Shown here: one piece after another, positions 56,693-64,000 of the stretch
Layout: every line of letters begins with the position of its first letter
Position numbering within the stretch: the first letter of the stretch is position 1
NCBI GenBank assembly: GCA_964016885.1
Contig: OZ024741.1
Span: 325,934,001-325,998,000, forward strand
Length of the DNA stretch: 64,000 bases
DNA from: Eledone cirrhosa
Lineage: Eukaryota
Direction of reading: 5' to 3'
Program-made: the position numbers and the translations under genes
The notes under the pieces: model-generated
Seen by the model: the letters and a program-made list of their open reading frames with translations, nothing else
What the model was told of the DNA's origin: nothing
Database searches by the model: none

Positions 56693-59600
56693 ATGGCCAT
56701 GCTAAGAGTAGGCTGTTTAAATGCGCGTGGCCTGGGCTCAACTTGGAAGCAAGCAATGCTTCTAAATGACCTCAGGTCACAACGTATAGATGTGATGGTT
56801 ATTTGCGAGGCTCGGATCAGCAACGTGCGACAGCTGGCCCCCACCTTTGATGACTTTAAGATGCACGCATCTCTCTGTCAGCCCGAAGGTGGGGGTGGGG
56901 TTCTCGTTCTGCTGAAAAAACATCTGGGTCTCGCAACACAGATGGTACATTTGGACCCGGAGGGTCGACTAGTGGTTCTGGACCTTGGCAGTGGTAATGG
57001 CGGAGCGTTTAGGTTGCTAGCCGGCTACCGCCCTTTCGGGTCAATGCGGCCGGACTTCTTCCATCGTCTGGAGACTTTTCTAGGGACGTCCCGCTCCTTG
57101 CTATTAGTGGGGGACTGGAATGGTATCCTAGATGCACGCTGGGACTACGTAGGGGCCTGTCCCGATAGAGAGGGGTGTAATAGCCTCAAAGGGTTAATCG
57201 GTCGATTTGACCTGGCCGATAGATATCGACTAGATTTTCCGACTGCGCCAACCTGGACTTGGGCAAATCGTAGCGGATCATCTAGGTCGTACCTAGATAG
57301 GTTCTTAGTTAGAATTAAGGATAAGGACTTTTTAAGTTGTCCAAAAATGCGCATGGTTGGCTATTCAGACCACAAGTTAGTGACCTGCATGGTCAACCTT
57401 GACAGAACTCATAGACAGGGACACGGTTACTGGAAGCTCAACTTGTCCTTACCGGCAAGTAAGGCTTACAGGGACCGGATTAGCACTTTAGTTAAGGAGC
57501 GGTTGACGGGCGCCATCGTCAACAGCAGGTGGTGGGGATTTTTCAAATGAGAGATTAGAGTAGTCTCTATAGAATTTAGCAAGGAGTTAGCCTCAAATAG
57601 AAATAGGAAGGAAAGGGAGTTGGTAGATAGTGTAGAAGAGGCAATTAGAAGCGGCGACGTGGCCAGAGTGCTAGCGTCGAGAACGGCCCTGGGCCAGTTC
57701 TTCGACGCGAAACACGAAGGCTGCATCGTCCGAAGCAAAATACGTGCTCTGGGAAACGAGGGGACCAAAGCTGTTAGCTGGGCCCGCGTGACAGAAGCCA
57801 AAAGAGGGAGCAGATCCACTATCCGGTCTTTGCGAGACCAGGATGGACGGGTGATCCTTGAACCTAAGCAGATGTGCGAGGCTTTTCAAAAGCACTTTGC
57901 CGGATTGTTCGAAAGGGGCGATGGGCCGGTTGGGGATGTGGACTTCGGTCCATACCTCGACGGCCTGCCACGTCTCTCGGATAGGGAGGCGAAGTCCTGC
58001 GAGGAGCCGATTTCAGCCGCTGAGATAGAGGACGTGCTGAGCCAATGCGGCAAACGCAAATCCCCGGGTCTCGATGGTCTTCCATACGAACTATATCTAG
58101 CTATGCAGGACTTGTTCCCCGATCGCCTCGAGGCGGTCTACTGCAACTGGCAACAGAACGGGAGAATTCCCTGTGCTGTGACCAAGGGCGTAGTCACGCT
58201 AGTGAGGAAGGACCAGAACAAGGGGAAGATATAAATAATTTCAGGCCCATAACTCTGCTAAATACAGAGTTACAGATTTTGGCCAAGGTGCTAGCAAAGA
58301 GGCTGGCGCTTGTCGTGGGTAACCTGGTGGGAGATGCGCAGACATGTGCTATCCCGTCCAGGTCCATCCACGACAACCTCCACCTCATGCGATACATCAT
58401 AGCGAATGTTGGGAACGAACCCGGCTTTGGTGGGGCCCTGATTAACTTGGATCAATCTAAGGCATTCGATAGGGTCGACCATGGTTACCTGGATGCGGTG
58501 CTAGCGGCGGCAGGCTTCGGACCCGTTTTTAGGGGCTGGATCAATGCCATGCACAGCAGCCGCATCTGCTCTAGGGTCAAGATGAACGCCTACCTCTCGG
58601 AGCCGTTCGAAATCGCGCGGTCTATCCGACAGGGGTGCCCTCTCTCCTCCCTTCTGTATGTAATGACTCTAGAGCCACTGCTGCGGAAGTTGGAGTTGTT
58701 GCAGGGCATCCCGTTGGAACCGGGATTGCGGAAAGCGGTGTCAGCCTACGCCGATGACGTAACAGCAATGGTGTCGACGGCCTGGAGGAGTACGAAAGGT
58801 TTACAGGGGCTAAGCTGAACTGGGACAAGTCGATCGGTCTGAAACTCGGCACATGGAGGGGCAGATCGATGCCCTCCGATGGCGTCGTCGGGCGCTGGAC
58901 GGAGGGCCCGGTGAAGTTGCTCGGGGTCTGGTTCGGACCAGACCTCCAGGTGGAGAAGAACTGGGGTGAGGTAACGAAGAGGGTGTTTGCACTGACCCAG
59001 AAGTGGGCCGAGTGCAAACTGTCCCTGAAAATTCGGGCGGAGGTGGCGAACACTTATATAGCGTCCGTCATCTACTACCGCCTGACCGTTGTGCCTTACC
59101 CAAGGGAAACGCCCGCCAAAATGGAGTGCGCACTCTTCCAATTCCTTTTGAAGAAGAGGGCTCCTATGGTGAGGAGATCCATCTGCTGTCAACACCCTTC
59201 GAAAGGAGGGCTGGGGATGCCGTGGCTAATGATACATAAACACGTATTAAGGCTACGGCACCTTCAGTTATTCCTCTCCGGTCAACCGGTGTGCGTCCCG
59301 TTTCTGAGGCGAGCCTTTCCCAGACTCGTCTCACTCACCGAGCTGCAACCCTGGGTCAAGCAAAGACCGAGAAAACTGGGCGCCTGGCACACCGAGTGTG
59401 CCCAGGCGCTCACGGCTCTCTGGCAGGCGGACCCGGCTGTCAGTGGAGAATCCACCTCGTCATTCTTTAGAGGGCTGGTGGTTAGCAGGTGCGACGACGC
59501 CCTCGGAGAAGCTCTAGGCATGGAAGAAGACGAACTGGCCAACCTGTTCGGTAGGGCATTCAACCCGGGACCCATCGATAACTTCCAGAGGTCCCTGGCC

Positions 59601-60101
59601 TGGCAATGCTACAGAAGGGCTCTGCCCGTTCGAGAAAGGCTCTACAGACACGGGCGCCCGGGTAGCGACCCCTCGAAAAAGATCTGCCCCAGATGCGTGT
59701 GCGACGAGGAAACCGTTGCACACGCATTGGTACACTACTCGGGCATTGCCGATCTGTGGGGCTATGTCGAACAACTGCTGTCAAGGGTGGGACCGATCCG
59801 GTTGACCACCGAGTCTATTGTAACGATCAAGCCGCCTCCCCTCTTCAAAAACGAAGAAGAGGCGGTGTTTCTGTGCGTAATAGCCATGGCGAAAGAGGTT
59901 GTATGGTGGACGCGTCTGAAAGGACTGAGGTCAGACACCTTTCTCTCTGGCCAACAACTGGTCCGTTTCTTCCGATATCATTTCGGAAGAAGGATCAGAA
60001 AGGAGAGAGAGGTGCTGCACCCCAGCCCTTTTTATGAAAGAAGGGTGAAAGTGGCGAGAATGGCCCGTGTGAATGGGCCTTCACTCTACATCAGACTATA
60101 G
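56693..60101 (+). pseudogene. LINE ORF2 (APE endonuclease plus reverse transcriptase), with a stop at 57548 and frameshifts near 58230 and 58780
   Basis: LNARGL, GDWN, YLDRF, SDHK; KSPGLDGLP, FRPITLLNTE, DQSKAFDRVDH, RQGCPLS, AYADDV; GGLG, CPRC..ETVAHAL. Confidence 0.92.
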
Positions 60102-60363
60102 GTGAGGAAGATGAATGACCAAGGGAGCACCCCTTCTCTGTGCTCCTGAGGAAAAGGGTTGCACACTTTTTTTCGGGGGTGTGCGTGACCCCCCAAGGCG
60201 CCTCCTCTCTATTGAGGATTTTGTTATAAATGTTATTCTGTTATATTTTATTTTATTTTTATATTTTGTTATTGCCTCCTCCTTATTGAGGACGCCTTGT
60301 TTTGTAAACTCCCCCATTGTACTTGTCCCACTTTTGGTGCCCTGGTGGCAAATAAAAGAAACA

Positions 60364-60500
<137 letters not shown>

Positions 60501-60532
60501 TGATAGATAGATAGATAGATATACATAGATAG

Positions 60533-61790
60533 ATTTCTTTATTTACCATAAAGGCATAAAAAGAAGGGACAAATACAAAGGGGGAGTTTACATCTAATCG
60601 AGTAAAAAGGGTGTAACATGAAAATAATCGAAAATAACCTCAAAAGGGAGGGGACGTGATGGGGGTTGCACACACCCCCGAAAAAGTGTGCAATCCTTTG
60701 CCCGGGGAGCACATGGAGAAGGTGCTCCCCTCTCCTTTACTTCTTTACCTACAGGATGGTATACAGAGAAGGCCCATTTACACGAGCCATTCTCGCCACT
60801 ATCACCCACCTTTCATAAAACTGCCTGTGGCCAAGCACCTCTCTCTCCATTCTTATCCTTCTTCCGAAGTGATATCGGAAGAAGTAGACCAGACTATGGC
60901 CAGAGAGGAAGTTGCCTGACCTCAGACCTTTCAATCGTGTCCACCAAACAACCTCTTTCAACATGGCTATTACGCACAGAAAAACCGCCTTTGCTTCCTT
61001 TGTGAAGAGGGGAGGCGGTTTGATTGTCATCACGGACTCGGCGGTCAATTTAATCGGCGCCACCCGCGACAGCAGTCGTTCGGCGTAGCCCCACAGATCA
61101 GCCACGCCCGGACATTGCACCAATGCGTGCGCAACGGTTTCTTCGTGACGCACGCATCTAGGGCAAATCTTTTTTGAAGGATCCCTGCCCGGGCGCCCGT
61201 GTCTGTAGAGCCTCTCTCGAACGGGTAGAGCCCCCCGGTAGCACTGCCAGGCCAGTGACTTCTGGAAGTTGTCCATCGGTCCTGGGCCGAAAGTCCTACC
61301 GAACAGGCTGGCCAGTTCGTCTTCTTCCATGTCCAGCGACTCTCCAAGGGTGTCATCGCCCCTGCTAGCCACCAGCCCTCTATAGAATGATGATGTGGAT
61401 TCTCCACCGATGGCCTGGCCCGCTTGCCAGAGAGCCCTGAACGCCTGAGCACACTCAGTGTGCCAGTCTCCCAGTTTTCCGGATCTTTGCTTGACCCAGG
61501 ACTGTAGCTCGGTGAGCGAGACGAGTCTCGGAAAGGCTCGTTTCACGAACGGAGCCCACACCGGTTGACCAGTGAGGAATACCTGTAGGTGCCGTAGCCT
61601 TAATGCGTGCCTACGCATCATCAACCACGGCATCCCCAGCCCTCCTTTCGAAGGTTGTTGGCAGCAGATGGATCTTCTCACCATAGGAGGGCGCTTCTTC
61701 CAAAGAAATTGGAAGAGCATGCGTTCCATGGTGGTGAGTGTTTCCTTAGGGCAAGGCACGACAGTCAGGCGGTAGTAAGTGACGGACGCT
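60533..61790 (-). mobile_element. 5'-truncated sister Tx1-like LINE, tail-to-tail with the first
   Basis: 336-aa ORF 60749-61759 is highly similar to the ORF2 C-terminus. (ATAG)n on both sides. Confidence 0.9.
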
Positions 61791-62005
61791 ATAGATAGAT
61801 ATACATAGATAGATAGATAGATAGATATACATAGATAGATAGATAGGTAGCTCGAGAGACCAGACCGCTAGAGACAGAGTGAGAAAGAGTGAGAAAGAGG
61901 AGATATTGATAGATCGAGATAAAGGTAGAAAGAAAGGATAGATAGAGATGGATATATTGAGAGAGAGAAAGATAGAGAGATAGAAAGAGGTAGAGAGACA
62001 GGGAA

Positions 62006-62066
<61 letters not shown>

Positions 62067-62539
62067 AAGGGAGGGAGAGATAAAGAGAGAAAGAAAGAGA
62101 GAGAGCGAGAGAGAAAGAGAGAAAATGTTTAATTAATTAAAGGAAACATTGATGACAGTTCAATGTCAAATTATTTTATATTAGGAAAAAAACAGAAAAA
62201 TTAAGAAAATTTATTTGCCTTTGATTTTCACATGGCATTTCTCAATGATCAAGAAGAAGAAGAAGAAGAAGAAGAAGAAGAAGAAGAAGAAGAAGAAGAA
62301 GAAGAAGAAGATATGATGATAAAGAAGGATATGAAAAAGAAGTTGAAAAAGAAGAAAAAGAAGGACAACAACAATGGTAACAACAACTACAATATCATCA
62401 AAAATTGCCGAAAGAATTCCCCACCTCTAAATAATAGCAGCAACTACAACGTAGTTGCTGCTATTATTTAGTATCAACAAATAAAAAACAACAGCAACAG
62501 CAACAGCAACAATAGTAACAACACCACAACCAACAAAAA

Positions 62540-62760
62540 TAATGGTTTCTTATATAGGCACAAGGCCAGCAATTTTGGAGGAGGGGGAAAGTCGATTAAA
62601 TCGACCTCAGTGCGTGACTGGTACTTTATTTTATCGACCTCGTAAGGATGAAAGGCAAAGTTAAATTCGGTGGGATTTGAAATCAGATCATAAAGGGCCG
62701 TAACTCTATGCTTCAAAGCATGGCATCCGACCCTCTACCGATAATGCCAATCCACCGCCC
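62540..62760 (-). mobile_element. tRNA-derived SINE
   Basis: Full family sequence in reverse complement. Confidence 0.8.
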
Positions 62761-63087
62761 GAGCCCACCAACAAAAATAATAGCAGCAACTCCCACAACA
62801 GCAACAACAACATAACAACAACAATAGCAAAAGTAGCTACAAGAAAAACATCAACGCTGTACGTCCCTATTAGATGAGAATTAAAGAAAGATATTGTCAA
62901 GTTGAGGCCTTTTGTTTTCATTTATTTCAAGTAGCATGGCCTGGCATGATATAGTCTCATAACTCTTGAGGGAGTCGTAGGGTCACCGTATTGATATACG
63001 GCGTTTCTAGGGCATTTAAAACCTGGTGAATACAGCAGATTTCTTCCAATGTAGGATAGAGCGAGTGAGGGTTATAAAGGAAGAAAC

Positions 63088-63246
63088 CACCCAAGTACTT
63101 GACTGGTACTTTTCTATCGATCTCGAATGGATGAAAGGTAAAGTTAACTTCGGAGGGATTTGAACCCAGAGAGCAGAGAGCTGAAACCAATACCGCAAAG
63201 CAAAGCACTCTATACGACGTTCTAACGACTCTGCTAATTCGTCGCT
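63088..63246 (-). mobile_element. tRNA-derived SINE (3'-truncated)
   Basis: B-box GGGTTCAAATCC and family body on the minus strand. Confidence 0.7.
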
Positions 63247-63555
63247 TATTATTTCAAGTGGAGTAAGTAGCTAACATGAAATTTGAAAATCTGTGATGGA
63301 AATTGTTGCTGTAGCAGCCGAATATGGCGGCCAACTGTTCCTTAATTCACGGTCTCCTGCATTGAACGTGAAGGTACATTACTTAGTGGTTAGGTTATTC
63401 GGCTCGATCGTAAGTTCATGAGTTCGCCTCCCAGCACACACTTGGTCAACATTAGGTAGCAGTAACACACTGAAGTTGATGTAATGCCTTTGCCCTTCAA
63501 ATTGCTGGCCTTGTGCCAAAAATAGAAGAAATTATTTTAGTAGTTGTTAGTATTG

Positions 63556-63750
63556 TGGATTGGCGGAGTCGTTAGAATGTTGGACAAATGCTTTGTATTA
63601 TTTATTCCGGCTCTTTATGTTCTGGGTTCAAATCACGCCGAGTTGAACTTCTGGCGTCTATAAAATAAAGTACCAGTACTGCACTGAGGTTGATATAATC
63701 GACTTCCCGATTCCCACAAAACTACTGGCCTTGTGCCAATGTTAGATAGA
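63556..63750 (+). mobile_element. tRNA-derived SINE
   Basis: TGGCGGAGTCG A-box, GGGTTCAAATC B-box and family tail. Confidence 0.75.
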
Positions 63751-64000
63751 ATTATTACTATTGTTCTAATTGCTATTTATCATGTTGCCATCTCTGTTAC
63801 TATTAATATTCTGTTCTTGTATTTCTGTTGTTGTTGTTGTTAGTGTAAATGTTAGAGCTGTTATTTTTGTTGTTGTTCTTCTTCTGACAGATGATGGAAG
63901 AGTTGTTTTTGTTGTCATTGTATTCGTCAATGATATATCAGATTCACGAAAAGACATTGAATCAGATTTCGGTTTTTGCTACTGAACGTCAGTATGTGAA

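Larger units (their letters stand above)
54649..60362 (+). mobile_element. Apparently full-length Tx1/L1-clade LINE inserted in (TATC)n
   Basis: ORF1 with a zinc knuckle, ORF2 with APE, RT and Cys-rich domains, AATAAA at ~60351, and (CTAT)n on both sides. Confidence 0.9.

Noticed and set aside
62232-62471. Acidic/basic low-complexity ORF
   Set aside because: A product of (GAA)n and (AAC)n repeats, with no splice or homology support.

Overview
This is AT-rich, microsatellite-saturated eukaryotic intergenic or intronic DNA, most likely from an octopus or other coleoid cephalopod, judged from the tRNA-derived SINE family and the repeat landscape. No host protein-coding gene can be supported, and nearly all short ORFs are microsatellite artefacts. 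Real coding remnants are all retroelements: three Penelope-like elements (RT plus GIY-YIG), a cluster of R4/Dong-type RLE LINEs in (TAA)n, and Tx1/L1-type LINEs in (TATC)n. Two non-autonomous Helitrons, MITEs and SINEs are also present. The main hidden signal is about 20 type I minimal hammerhead ribozyme (HHR) motifs on both strands, intact to degenerate, most with a palindromic stem III. Some lie at the 3' ends of the Penelope elements, several with stem II expanded to 90-115 nt. Others lie in non-coding 420-530 bp tandem or circularly permuted units resembling non-LTR retrozymes, and two of these families share an octamer (ATGCAAAT) upstream of the ribozyme. Almost all of these insertions sit in (TA)n with a head-to-head inverted 5' duplication, the largest being a 9.4-kb palindrome with 4.1-kb arms. 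All structures were read by eye and none has been computationally or experimentally tested.
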